Part shown: piece after piece, positions 35,687 to 48,800 of the stretch
How positions within the stretch are numbered: position 1 is the stretch's first letter
How the letters are laid out: every line of letters starts with the position of its first letter
NCBI GenBank assembly: GCA_013239625.1
Contig: MU053652.1
Span: 2,668,001 to 2,732,000, forward strand
Origin: Lama guanicoe
Taxonomy: Eukaryota
Direction: 5' to 3'
Length of the DNA stretch: 64,000 nt
Made by a program: the position numbers and the translations under genes
The notes under the pieces: generated by a model
Databases searched by the model: none
What the model was told of the DNA's origin: nothing
Seen by the model: only the letters and a program-made list of their open reading frames with translations

Positions 35687-35950
35687 GGAAGTATCATATA
35701 GTGGTTAAAAGCATGGGTCCAGGAGCCAGGCTTTCTGGGTTCAGATCCCAATGCTACCACTTAGCTGTGTGACCTTGAGCAAGTCACTTAACCTCTCTGG
35801 GCCTTAGTTTCCTCATCCATAAAATTCAGACACAAGTAGCTCTCAGTTCATAAGGTTGTTGTAAGGATGAAATGAATTCATATTTAAAGGGTTAAATGAA
35901 TTAATCTTTAAAAGCACTTAGAACAGTGTTTATCACAGTAAGAACTATTT
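35687..35950 (+). mobile_element. Near full-length MIR
   Basis: tagtggttaaaagcatggg...ctgggttcagatccc...ttagctgtgtgaccttgagcaagtcacttaacctctctgggccttagtttcctcatc...aagcacttagaacagtg. Confidence 0.92.
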
Positions 35951-36964
35951 GTTACGTGTAAAAAGTTACATAATCAAATCTCCAGGCCTGGAAACCTCAG
36001 TTGGTTCTAGGATTGAGCCTGTCTCCAAGAAAGCCTTTGGTTGGCTCTTACCTGCACCTACCCTCCCACCATCCCAGCATGAGGAGACAGAAGAAAGATA
36101 CCCTGAAACCCTTCTCGTCCGGGCTTTCCTTTGACCTCTAGGCTAGGCACTTCTCTTCCACTCTGAAGTCTTGCAGTGTGCATGCCTGGGGGCCAAGCCA
36201 GAACCAGTAATGGGGAGCCCTGTCCGGTGCTTGGCCAGAAATGGGAATTCCTCACTGCAAACCCCTCAGGCCCTTGGCAGGCTCTATGCTTGTGCTGTCG
36301 CTAAAGGCTGCCCCAAGCCAGGGTGACAGAACACAAGGAAAAGCCCTAATTGAAAAAGGTAAGAATAGCAGAGAAACCAGCAGGTAGTAGGAAGAAGGAG
36401 CATGGCAAGAGGAAACCCAACACACAAGGGAAAAAGCAGAAAAGCTGAAGTGCAAGGAAACATTTTTTGGCGTCTGTCTATTTTTGACCAAGGAAAAACA
36501 CAAACACAAGAGAATAAACTAAGCGAGTAGAATCAGTCTGAGCCTGCAAAGGGAGGGAACAGGCAGCAGAACTGCAAATCCATGCTAATTCCCTCACCCT
36601 CCCTCCGGTGACCTGCAAGCGTGGCTCCAGGGCCATTTGTACCCCGGCCTAATAATGATTTCATTTCACAGACTTCCTTCCACTTTTTATTTCTTAACAG
36701 AGTCCATCATAGCTCTAGTTTGGGAAGTAGAAACAGTATCTATCTTTAGGAAATTTAACTGCCAAAAAAGCTCTGGTAAATAATTGAGAAGTAAAGAATA
36801 GTTGGTGTGACCAGGACAAATATCAAATCACAAATACTTGAAATTCTTCCCTTTCCAGGCCCTAAGTAGAGAAGTGCCTTTGTTTGCTGAATTGGCTCAC
36901 AGACGACTTGGCTTTTGGGTGTTGTGTAGGATGTTGAATGGGGAGGAAAAACCAGAGGAAGGTC

Positions 36965-37062
36965 GAATATTTGTTAAGTGCCTACTATGTAACAGGCATT
37001 CTGCTAGATGCTGGAAATTCAAGAGTGAACAAAACAGACAGGTCCCTATCCTCATAAAGTTA
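36965..37062 (-). mobile_element. L2 3' fragment
   Basis: aatatttgttaagtgcctactatgtaacaggcattctgctagatgctgg...gtgaacaaaacagacaggtccctatcctcat. Confidence 0.8.
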
Positions 37063-37066
37063 ACAC

Positions 37067-37585
37067 TTTTTTTTTTTTACTTTTAAAAAATTGTAGTAAA
37101 TTACACATAAAATAAAATTTGCCGTCTTAACTATTTTTAAGTGTATAGTTCAACAGTGTTAAGTATGTTTACGCTGTGGTGCAAACAATCTCTAGAATTT
37201 TTCCATCTCTCAAAACTGAAACTCTGTGCTCATTAAGCAACTCCCATTTCCCCTTCCTCTACGTCTGGGTGACCAACATTCTACTTTCTGTTTCTAAGAA
37301 TCTGATTACTCTAGATTCCTCATATAAGTGGAATCATACAGTATTTGCCTTTTTGTGACCAGTTTATTTCCCTTAGCATGATATCCTCAAGGTTCACCCA
37401 TGTTTAGCATGTGCTGACATTTCTTTCCTTTTTAAGGTGAATAATATTCCATTGTATTATAGACCGCATTTTGTTTATCCATTCATCCATTGATGGACAC
37501 TTGGGTTGATTCCATCTCTTGGCTATTGTGAATAATGCTGTTATGAACATGGCTGAAAAATATCTCTTTGAACCAATGCTCTTTC
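37067..37585 (-). mobile_element. L1MA/MB 3' end
   Basis: ctatttttaagtgtatagttcaacagtgttaagtat...ctcatataagtggaatcatacagtatttg...ttggctattgtgaataatgctg. Confidence 0.9.
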
Positions 37586-37619
37586 AAGGAGCTTATCCCA
37601 TCATATTTGGATTATTTCT

Positions 37620-37748
37620 TTACCCATTAGTTGGCCCAACTAGATGGTTAGCTGCACGGGGACCTATGTTATTAAGCATTGCATTCCACCTTCCTGTACA
37701 GTGCTGGCACATAGTAGGAACTCAATAAATATTTGTTGAACAAAATAA
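37620..37748 (+). mobile_element. L2 3' terminus
   Basis: acagtgctggcacatagtaggaactcaataaatatttgttgaa. Confidence 0.8.
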
Positions 37749-39493
37749 TTTATTTTTACACTTCTTACTCACTACTGCTGCAGCTGGCTGTTTTACATAT
37801 TTTAATAAATAAGTTTTGCAATTTTAATGAAGGCTATTTTCATTATATCTACATACTAAGCTAGTTTAGATAAGGTGGTTAGTATTAAAAAATCCAAATC
37901 TCAATCAAAATTCACTTTCTAGGTGAAATGCTACTGACAATTCCTTCCCACTCACTTTGCTTAGAATCAACCCTTGCTGCTCTTATTCCCTCTCCTTCTT
38001 TTTCTTTCTTTTCATTAATTCATAGCACTGTGTAGATCTTGAAGACCTCATTACAGGTCTCCTCAACTCATGGGACATCCTGTCGAATAGAGCTAGGTAT
38101 GAGCCTAGATTTTGGTTTCCTCAGCTCAAAAACTTGCATTGAGAGGCATTTTGCATAAGGCACAGCATGAACTAAGCACAGCCCTACCTCTGGAGGAACT
38201 CTGTCTTGTAGTTCTGTCTGGTTATTCTTGGCCGCAATTAAGTAAGAGGCCTCAGTTTTCTCGGATGTAAAAAATGATATTTACCTCCATTCTCCATTAT
38301 CCAAATGACAAACACAGACACAACTCTAACTTTTACAAAGTATGAGGAGCTGAAAGACATTGTGAAAATTCTGAGTAGTATTGTATTTGATGATAACTAT
38401 ATGTAGTACCAGCAGTTTTAGAAGCTAGTTCTGTAATCCTTTACACAATAGACACCTAGAATTACGATTTCTGGTCAAGGTTGCATTACTGTACATAAGT
38501 CTTTGAGGCACTTGCTGAGCTCCAAATGCAAAGCAATGGTTTTTTTAAAATGTACAAGAGAAAAATTAAAAGACATAGTTGGCCCCAAGTATAAAGTTTT
38601 CTATAGACCAAAAATGCGAAGCAACGAATGGGACTGAAGACATGGGCCTGTTGGGTTCCAGGTCTGAAAGGAGGCAGAAAATGCTACAATGGGGCTTCTG
38701 CAGAGGACAGGAGACTAAAAGTGATCTGCATGGAGTGAGGGAAGTAGGTGAGAACCAGATTAGATCCATTGCTTGAAACTATGGACTAGATTGAGAACCC
38801 CTATCCCCATACAAACTGGCTTGTTAAAGAGGCTAAAAAAAAAAAGGCTGACCACTGCCTAATGATGGGCTTTACATGAGGGGATGATGAGGCAGGAAGA
38901 CAGGGCACAGGACAGGACAATGGAAATGACCTCTATGACTGACCCTAAGGCATCGCCATTATCACAGTAAGGGAAAAGAATAGATAAACCTTCTTTGTTC
39001 AGATAATATGATTGTCTATAAAGAAAATCAAACAGACTATACTGAAAAAATAGTAGAACTAAAAAGACAATTCAGCAAGGTTCCTGGGTATAAGATCAAC
39101 ATACGAAATTCAATTGCAATCCTATATTATATCTCAGTATTTTCTCAAAATAACATGTAATAGCAAACAAAACACACCATTCACCATTCTTAATGCCAAT
39201 AAACAATAAAGTGCTTAGGAATAAATATAACCTAAGAGGTGGATTTTTATGTATAAATAAAATACGGATTTTATGCATAAAAGATTTTTATAGAAAAAGT
39301 TAACTAAGATTTGAATAAGTGGAGACATACCACATTCATGAGTTTGAATATTCATTATAATGAAGATGTCAGTTCTCCTAAAGTTAATGTTTAATTGAAA
39401 TGCAAACCTAATTAAAAAAAAATCCCAACCTGCTTATGTAACATGGGACAATGATCATGAAATTCATGTGGAAGAGTAAAGGGTCAAACTTAT

Positions 39494-40040
39494 TATAATA
39501 GTTGGGGATACCTTTGGCTGCAAGTAAAAGAATATAAAACTTAAAGTGGCTTAAATAATAAGAGGTTTATTATTTCACATCACAGGATGTCCACTGATAG
39601 GTGGAGCCAATATTGGTTAATTCAGCAGCACAGTGATATCATGGGACCTGGGACCTTTTCTTCTGTCTGCTTAGCCATTCTCGGCATTCTGGACTCCGCT
39701 TGTCCCCTCAGAGTGGCAAGATGGCTGCCCTAGTTGCAGACATCATTTTCCTCCAAATCTATATAAAAGTAGGAAGGGCAAGGCTTTTTCCTATGTATCT
39801 TTTTAAGTGAGAAGAAAACTTACCTATCCCATCCCATCTCTTCTCTAGCTCAATTCCACACAGGTCTCAATAGCAAGAGATGCAACACATGCTTATGGCT
39901 AAACCAATCCTAATGGAATAAAATTATTTTAATGGGCTTAGACTAATTATTATGGGATAAAGTTCATGACACCTGAAAACAATTTAGGTTCAAGTTAGAA
40001 AAGAGAAAGAGACAATATCCTTTGGTCAGGTAACCAACTG
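39494..40040 (-). mobile_element. MLT1K-like LTR nested in the L1ME
   Basis: ggctgcaagtaaaagaa...agtggcttaaataataagaggtttatt...gcaagatggctgccctagttgcagacatca...ggtaaccaac. Confidence 0.8.
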
Positions 40041-40796
40041 AAAAACTCAAGGCAACTTTGAAAGAAAAATCAGAGAGTTTGCCCTCCCAAATATCAAAAT
40101 TTAAAATCAGAGGTGGCATAACAAATTAGGAGTGAAAAGATGAACTATTTAATAAATATGTGTTGGAATAATTATATGTGTATTTTCTATTTCATATCAC
40201 AAGAAATTTAAGTTGGTTTAAAGATCTAAATGAGAATAGTCAAATTTTACACTTTTAGGAAAAAAATATGAGATTATTTTTATACTCTTGGGATAGAAAC
40301 ATGTATTAAATGAAGTACAAAATCATAAAACTTAAAGGAAAAGGTTGATACATTTAACTAATTTAAAATAAAAAGAATTAATTAACAAAGTGAAAAGACA
40401 GTCTTAGACTGGGAGAAGATATTTTCCCAGACATAAAACCATCAAGGTATTAGTATTCAAAAATTATAAAGAACTCCTACACAGCGAAAAGGAAAAGAAA
40501 CACCTTGAAAGAAAAATTGACAAAAGATACAAACAGGTCGATTTACAGAAGAGAAACTCTAATGACCAATAAATGTAAAAGAAGATGTGGAATCTAATTA
40601 TAAATTAAGGGAGAATGAAATAAAATAATTAAAAGTTACTATTTCATAGCCGTAACTAGGCAAATAATTTAAATTCTGAAAATATCAAAAGTTAGCTTGA
40701 TGTGGGGAAACAAGACTCTTAGAAAGCAAAATGAGAATATATATTAGTATAAATCCTAAGACCCAGCAATTCTTCTCTTAGGTATACTGCCTAGAT

Positions 40797-41003
40797 AAAT
40801 GGTTTTCAACCAGGAGTGATTTTGCTCCCCACGAAACATTTGGCAATATTTGAGGACATTTCTGGTTGTCATACCTGAGTGTGGGAGTTGGGGTGCTACT
40901 AGTAACTAGTAGGTAAAGGTGAGGCAAAAAGCTAAATATTCTACCCCACAACATAGAATTACCCAGTCCAACATGTCAATAATGCCAAAGCTGAGAAATC
41001 CTG
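40797..41003. mobile_element. MER20 hAT MITE nested in the L1ME
   Basis: tggttttcaaccaggagtgattttgctcccc...aatgccaaagctgagaaatcctg; 8-bp TSD gcctagat/gcctagaa. Confidence 0.9.
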
Positions 41004-43619
41004 GCCTAGAAAAACTTTCACGTGGTGTAAACCAGGAGACTGGTATTTAAACGTTAATTGCAGCATCATTTGCTACAACAAACAAGAAAAAGAACAAACT
41101 AAAAACAACCTACACATCAATAATGCAGGAGGATGCAAAAGTAACTTGAATATATTCAAACAAAGGAATAATGTACAACAGTTATAACTAATGAGTTCAT
41201 TCTCCAGGTTGCAACATGAATAAATCTAAAAAATAATGATGACTATAAAAGCATTGCAGAATGTATACAGTGTGATACTGTATTCTTTTCCATTTTACAA
41301 ATACAAAGCAATGCCATATTTGTTTATGAATATATACATATAATAAAAAAGTATAAAAACATGCATGGGAATGATTTATAGTAACCTGATGATAGTGATT
41401 ACTTTTGGGAAAAGAGGAAAGGAGAAAAATAGAGAAATGAATGGGTTTTGGGCTAGGCAACAGGCTTCAAGTTGTACTTATAAGACTTATTGCAAAAAAA
41501 CAAAAACAAAACTAAAACAAACAAACAAAAAAAAACAAACAAAAAAACAAACCCCAAGGCCCTAAGGCAAATAAATCAGCAATTAAGATTTGTTGAGTGT
41601 TTTATACATAGATGTTTGTTCAATATGTTCAATATTTTTCTGTTTGTTTGAAACATTTTATAATGGCAAGATTTTAAAATATTTTAAGAGCTGCATTTGC
41701 AAGAATATTTGTTCTATGTCTCAAGAGCATGGAGTTGGTGGAGGAAGCCAGTGTTTCCAGAAGAAACTGTGCCACTCCGAAGGAAAATCAGAGAAGGGGG
41801 ATGTGACCCCTGAATAAAGAGGAGTCTACTCATCAAAAGACCCTCTTCCAGGGACTCTTGGCAGGAAGAGAGTTGGCTTTCCTGCTGCGCCAGTGATTGG
41901 TAGGCTGTACCTCTGTCCATGGTCCTATTCCTCTACCTCAAACAAGCTTAGAAGAATTCAGAGGGAGGTTTAGATTTGCCTCGTAGGGAGGTATTGAAGT
42001 GTTCTAGCTAGAGCTGAAAAGCTGAGAGAAGAGAAAATATTGTGGGTACAGCAGGTCTTGAGTATTTGGAAAGAAGTTCTGACTGTCTGCAGTAGATGCT
42101 GCCAGCAGAGGGAATCCTGCTGGACAGCCATTCTTTGTAATAATGATGAGAAGTGTCTATCAGAGGAGTGAGCTCACTCGCACTGAGGTCTGCTCAGTAA
42201 GAATGTTACTGTCATCTCCCTAACATTTCATATTTTTAAAGAAAGACTTTCTCATTTCTAAGGCTTTTCTAATTTCTTTCCAACACTCTTGTAAGACCAG
42301 TCAATATCTAGCTTTTGCTTTTACAGAGATGAGGAGAGACTATCAGAGTTTCTCCAAAAACCGATTCTTTCTATTAACCAATGTTTTTACCTAAGCCACT
42401 GGGGATAAATAAACAGTGAGAGTAGCTCAACCGAGAAAGATATTTTATGGGCATCCCAGAATAATCACCTATCTCTCTTTGAAAGAGAAACAACATTTCT
42501 TGAGATCCCAGGAGGTGTCTGGCACTACATGAAGTGATATGAGTATGAGAGTGCAGAACATAATGTTTGGGAACATAATGTTCCTCTGGGGACTTAAAAA
42601 TTAATGCAGATACAAAACTGTTAAAAAATACAAGAGTTAGTTGTAGTAAATTATGGGAAAACAAAATGAAAGGTGTAGGGGGCAAAAATCTCAAGCATAG
42701 TGATAAACTAGGGAACATGAAAGCAGAATGTGATGAGCTAATTAACCTCAGGAGAACACAGGCTCGCATTAGGGGCAGAATACAAGATATCCTGTGAAGT
42801 CGATTTTGCAGACTCAATTACTTGTCCACACACACACAAAATCAATGGCTGTTTCTGATGGGCCAGTGGCAAAAAAAATATTTACTCTTGTTTTCTACAG
42901 AAGGAGTCCAAACCATCCAGCATACAATGAAGTGTTTAGGAAAACATATATGGGTTGGCAAACTTTTAATCTACAAAACTAGAGATCTAGTTCTGAGTGA
43001 TAGCTCTAATGGAAATAGATGCAACTGGGTTTGTAGATGCTGATTCTTATCAGCAACCAGAAACGGTGCTAAAAGCTCAATTTGGCCTACTTTAGGTTCC
43101 CTGGGTAAGTGAGTGGGGAAATTTTCATTAGGCTATTTGTTATATTCAGGAGAGGGTATAAAGCAATACAGGAACACTGTGATATGTAGGTAAGAAAATA
43201 TCTTCATAGAAATATGTGGTCTAGCCTAGGACAACGTTTCTCCACCAAGGTGATGGAAAGTACTTGGATATGCAGAGACCTAACTGGTCCTCAAACTGAG
43301 CTTTCTCAATCACTACAGCTTTCCTGTTTTAACAGCTTCCACTTTGCTAACTTACTGTTGCTAAGAGAGTAAGTTTTCTATACTGATGGCCAGCTTCTGA
43401 TCTGAGCTCTCACATGGTCACTGCAACTTTGTTTACTTTTATACTTATCCTTTCATGTGTTCTAGTATTATGGTAATATAAAATGATAAAAAGTCTAGAA
43501 ATTTTTATTTCTTGTGTAAGGCAAAAAATTACACAGTCACTTCAACATGAATATCTAATAGACATCTCAACTTGAACATGGCCAAAAGAGAACTCTTGAT
43601 TTTTTTCCTTTGACCTTTT

Positions 43620-44659
43620 TGTATCAAATAACAAGTAAACAAAGAGTGAACAGTGCTTTTCTCATAAACAAGATGTCTAGCAAGAGATGATTGCTGGTGT
43701 TGGTTCAGCTGCTCAACTATACCATCAAGGACCTAGGCAATTTCTGGGTTTTTTGCCTTCTTTTTTTTTTTTTTTTTGGCCCTTCNNNNNNNNNNNNNNN
43801 NNNNNNNNNNNNNNNNNNNNNNNNNNNNNNNNNNNNNNNNNNNNNNNNNNNNNNNNNNNNNNNNNNNNNNNNNNNNNNNNNNNNNNNNNNNNNNNNNNNN
43901 NNNNNNNNNNNNNNNNNNNNNNNNNNNNNNNNNNNNNNNNNNNNNNNNNNNNNNNNNNNNNNNNNNNNNNNNNNNNNNNNNNNNNNNNNNNNNNNNNNNN
44001 NNNNNNNNNNNNNNNNNNNNNNNNNNNNNNNNNNNNNNNNNNNNNNNNNNNNNNNNNNNNNNNNNNNNNNNNNNNNNNNNNNNNNNNNNNNNNNNNNNNN
44101 NNNNNNNNNNNNNNNNNNNNNNNNNNNNNNNNNNNNNNNNNNNNNNNNNNNNNNNNNNNNNNNNNNNNNNNNNNNNNNNNNNNNNNNNNNNNNNNNNNNN
44201 NNNNNNNNNNNNNNNNNNNNNNNNNNNNNNNNNNNNNNNNNNNNNNNNNNNNNNNNNNNNNNNNNNNNNNNNNNNNNNNNNNNNNNNNNNNNNNNNNNNN
44301 NNNNNNNTTTTTTTTTTTTTTTTTGGCACTTCACCATGCTTAACATCATTGAGTCTTTTGTCTTGTACTCACAAGAAGTCTGCCTTGACTCCAGGCATTG
44401 GGATGGTGTTCAAGATACCCATATCTATCCCCAGAAGGATTTCACTTAGGTCTTATTAGCCAGAAATGAATCACCCCTAGCTGCAAAGAAGATGGGGAAA
44501 TTGAATATCTAGCAAAAGAGAATGGAATTATTATGATTGAATTACACCACTCATGATTCATCACTTAGGTCCGGACATATTGTCAACCTCAACAAAGTCA
44601 AGGAGAAAGGAGGCAGAAAGGAATGGCTTTTGGGGAAGGTATTAACACACTCTGCCACA
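43620..44659 (-). mobile_element. MLT1K-like LTR spanning the N-gap
   Basis: tgtatc...ggttcagctgctcaactataccatcaaggacctagg [gap] caccatgcttaacatc...ccctagctgcaaagaagatggggaaattgaatat...tctgccaca; flanks ctttt/cttgt. Confidence 0.75.
43786..44307. other. Assembly gap (522 N)
   Basis: Run of N. Confidence 1.
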
Positions 44660-45837
44660 CTTGTTATCCCAGCCTTCACAGCTTATTCCCAGCCTCAGTA
44701 AATAGCATCACCATCCACCCAGTGCCTAAGCCAATAAGAGGAGAGAACTTTGATTCCCTTCTTTCTTGTATGTCCCACATACAAACCACCGGAAAGTTCT
44801 TGTTGACTTCACCTCCCATATATACCCCCCTCCACTCTATTCTCCCTTTCTTCGCTGCTGCTATCCTGGTCCAAGTCACCACTGTTCACCTGAGTTACTG
44901 CAATTGTCTCCTGAAGATCTCTGTACTTTCATTCTTGCCCTCTGCAATTCATTGCCCAAACAGAAAATCACTTCCCTGCTTAAAACCTCCTACTGGCTTC
45001 CTGTCTCACCTAAAATCCAAATTCCTTCCTATGACTTTCCATGCCTAACAGATCTAGGCCCTTTCTACTTGTCCAATTTCATCTTGTACCACTTTTCTGT
45101 TTGCCACTGAGTTCCAGCCATCTAGACTTTCTTTCTCAAATATTCTTTTTCAAACTCAAATTTGTTACCATCTTGGGAACTTTTGGAACCATGTGTTCTC
45201 TCTATCTAGAATGCTCTTCATTTTAGTCTTTTCACAACCAGCTCTTCCTTGTCATTTAGATTACTGTTCAAGTGTCTTCTCTTTAAAGAGGTCTTCCCTG
45301 GACCCAAATTAAAATAGCCACCTAGTCATTCATTTCATCCTATTTTGCTTCACTGTTATGCACCTATCCCCATCTAACATTTTCTTGTTTACCTCCTTTT
45401 GTATTGTGTAATAAAATACAGCTATTTCTTTATTTTCCAACTCCTCCACACCAGAATATAAGCTTTATGAGAGCAGAAACCTTGTCTGTTGTCTTCACTG
45501 CTATATTCCTAGCGCCCAGATCAAGGCACATGGTAGACTCTCATCAACTATTTCTGAATGAAAGAATAAATGAAGGGAAAGATTTTAAAGTAGAAACTTT
45601 AGTGATAAAAATAGCATCTGTGAAATATGATCAGCATCCTCTGAGTTATCCTTTATAGAACAAAATCACTTTGTTAAAGGATATAAAATGTGTTATGCTT
45701 TAAAGATATCACAATTAATAAGCAACACTAATTTATTCCATCAAGCCTCTTTCCTCCTGTGTCTTCTTTCCAAAGCTAAACACACCACATGTACTCTTTT
45801 TTTGTTTGTTTGTTTGTTTGTTAACTTAAAAATTGGG

Positions 45838-46040
45838 TTTTTTTAATTGAAGTATGGTTGAACTAACAATGTTGTATTAGTTTCATAGTGATTCAGTTAT
45901 ACATAAACATATTCTTTTTCATTATAGGTTATTACAAGACACTGAATATAGCTCCCTATGCTGTACAGTTTATCTGAAGGTCCTTGTTGTTTATCTTTTT
46001 TATATATAGTAATTTGTATCTGCTAATCCCAAACTCCTAA
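45838..46040 (-). mobile_element. Short lineage-specific L1 3' end
   Basis: ttaattgaagtatggttga...catagtgattcagttata...aggttattacaagacactgaatatagctccctatgctgtacag...tctgctaatcccaaactcctaa. Confidence 0.88.
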
Positions 46041-47180
46041 ATATACTGTTAATCATAGAGCTCTATCAACACAGTTATTAAATGCCTTCTCCACTGACTT
46101 CTTTCCTTTTGCCTAATAGTATAATTACATTTTCTCACCATTTTCTGAAGGTCTGGGACTGTTGGAAAAAAACATTTGGGGAACATCTTCCTGTCCTTTA
46201 ATTATGGCCAGGATTTCAAGAAGGGAAAAACCAAATGTTCTTAGAAAAAGAGAAATTCTTAGCATCTGAAAACTTCTGTCTTATTTTTCTGATGGTTTTA
46301 CACTTCTGTATATGTTTTTTCTAAAGACTAAAACCATTTCCACTTGCTTCACCAGAAAACCAGATTTTTCATCAGGCTGTCTTCCAGGTAAAATGCTAAA
46401 ATCAGAGAACTTCATATGCAGTCTTCCTTCATCTTCCTTTCTATGATCCACTCAGCCCTTTCCACACCATCTCAATCTTGAGGTGACCCTCTGCAGGCAC
46501 AGGCTTCTGGATCAGCGACCGGCTAGGCCCATGGTTCGGCCTGCATTCTAGACCTCCCATGCAACTGGCAGGCCATGGCCCACTGAAATTGTGCAAGGAA
46601 ACTTTGCAGAATTCACATTTACACTAGGGGCACAGCATCCTAGTGATGCTGATCCAGTATATTCCAAAATGCCCCCATGTTTAGAAACATCTTCAAATAC
46701 TGCTCATAAATTACACTTAAAGAATCCCTGGGTTTTTGAACTGCCAGACTTGTCAACAGAAGATAACAAAAAGCTCCTCAGTTTCAAAGGTCTTCAGTGA
46801 ATATATTAAAAACAAGAATAAACTGTTCCTCTGTATTCATCGCAATCTCAACCCCTCTTCCTTCCTCACCCGTCATCACCATCCTCCCTCAACACACACC
46901 CGTGTCCAGCTCTACGCCTACACATTACAATCTCCTGAACACTGACAGGCCTCTGAAACATAACATGGCCCAAAACAGCCTTGCAACATTTGTGTTCATG
47001 CATCAGTAAAAAATGTGGGGACCCAAAATAGGTACATTAAAAAATAAACCAAGCTCTTATATATATTTTTTTAAACAAAAAAAAAAATAAAATAAATAAA
47101 AAAATAAATTCTTTGATTCAATACTGTTGGGAATCTATTTTCAGATCATATCTCAGGTTAACTGGGTAACTCTATTTCCT

Positions 47181-47761
47181 TATGGCTGTCTGAATTTTAC
47201 AGATAGCTTCCCAAGATTACCAGCCCTGGTTATGCAAACACTAATCTAGGTACTGCTGCGAAGGGATTTTGCAAATGTAATTAAAGTCTCAAGTCAGTTT
47301 ACTTTGAGTTATGGAGATGATCCAGGTGGGTTTGGCCTAATTGGGTGAGCCCTGTAAAAGAAGAGTTTTCCTCAGTTGGTAGCATAAGAGGAACTCAAAG
47401 AGATTTGAAATGTGAGAAAGATTTCCAGGGTGATTGCTGGCTTGGAAAACAGAGAAGACCAGTGAGAAGGAATGTGTGAGGCCTCTAGAAGCCAGAAGAA
47501 AAACAGGGACCCAAGTGCTTCAGTCATAAGGAACTGGGATCTGCCAGCCATGTGAATGAGCTTGGAAGCAGTTCTTCCCTAGAGCCTCCAGATAAGAGGC
47601 CAGCCTGAATAACATCTTAATTTCTGCCTGTGGGACCTCAGGCAGAGAACCCAGCCAAACCTACCCAGTCTTCTGACCTACAGGACAGTGAGCTAATTGA
47701 TAAAATGTTCTGACCCCCTAAATTTGTGGTAATTTGCTTCACAGCAGCAGAAAATTTAACA
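47181..47761 (+). mobile_element. MLT1E-like solo LTR
   Basis: aacactaatctaggtactgctgcgaagggattttgcaaatgtaattaaag...gaatgagcttggaagcag...agagcctccagataag...aatttgtggtaatttg. Confidence 0.88.
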
Positions 47762-48627
47762 ATGCATCCCTTTGGTTTTCACATCTCTAAATAAAAGTAA
47801 CAATGTCTGGCTAGTCCAAGAAGCACTCAGAAAACAAATATTAAGATTACTTACTGAATATGCTTTAAGTTAAACAGAAGTATGTTAAGTTATTTCATAC
47901 TTAAAGAAGTATGTTAAATTATTTCCAAGAGGCTTTTTTTTTTTTTTTCTAATTATAATACCCATTTAGGTTCAATCCAGGGCAGTTGGACTTTTTAATC
48001 CTAGTTAGTTTCATTCATTGCAGTTGCAGGACAGGGCTAACTTCAGAAGCTATGCCATATGGGTTTAGAGTGTGGAATTGTTGCTTCAGGGGGACGTGAT
48101 TTAACCTGCAGTGTTTTCACTTCACAAAACAATGTACTGCATTTTATAGATGCTCTACTAGATACCACATCTACATGTCAAATACAGGGAATTTTTTTTT
48201 TCTTAGCTATAGTTTCCTCTCTAAAAATCTTGATCTTCACCTTGGCAAATATGTTGAAATTCGGCAAGCTATATTCTGATCTTGAGAAAATGATGAGAGA
48301 AGAGGCAAAAGCTGATCATACCTGTTTTAATAAATTGATCACTGAGATAAAATAAAACCAAAAAGTAGAGCAAGAACATTCCGACCACACAATCATTCCC
48401 TAAGTAAACAGAGATACGAATGGCGCTGAGCCTGCTAACCTAGATGTCTCCTCTTGAGAATGATAGGTAACCATGGAGTTTTCTGATGAGCACAACCCCA
48501 GGACCAGATCTAATTTAAACAAACTGATCTGGAGAAGAGGAAGAGAAAGGAGGTAATATTAAGTAAGAGAGAGGTTATATACTGGGTGCGGACATTCCAA
48601 TTTGGGAGAGACTTTATATACAAAATG

Positions 48628-48800
48628 AGAAGTATAGCTTGGTAGTTAAAAGCTGGTATAGCGTGGTGGTTAAAAGCTGCACTACCCTAGGCAAGTTACT
48701 TAAATTCCCTGAGCCTCAGTTTCCTTGTGTCTAGATGCGGATAGTTTTTCAACGTTCTTAGCACCTGGCCTAAGACATGGAGTCCTTAATAAATGGTGGC
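48628..48800 (+). mobile_element. MIR with a duplicated 5' head
   Basis: ggcaagttacttaaattccctgagcctcagtttcc. Confidence 0.75.

Larger units (their letters stand above)
38955..41690 (+). mobile_element. L1ME-like ORF2/3'UTR, interrupted by an MLT1 LTR and a MER20
   Basis: tttgttcagataatatgattgtctataaagaaaatc (FADDMIVY-like motif); agactgggagaagatattt; gacccagcaattcttctcttaggtata; 3'UTR to about 41690. Confidence 0.85.
43535..45580 (+). mobile_element. L2 LINE (long 3' part) interrupted by an MLT1 LTR
   Basis: tctaatagacatctcaacttgaacatggccaaaagagaactcttgat, resuming at 44660 with ctcagtaaatagcatcaccatccacccagt...ccagaatataagctttatgagagcag...gaatgaaagaataaatgaa. Confidence 0.85.

Noticed and set aside
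42901..43105. Exon-like segment (ttttctacag| ... tgg|gtaagt)
   Set aside because: Stops in all three frames, and the acceptor appears to come from a MER58-like remnant; not supportable as coding
43687..44459. Long ORFs of 198-252 aa
   Set aside because: Artefacts of translating through the N-gap
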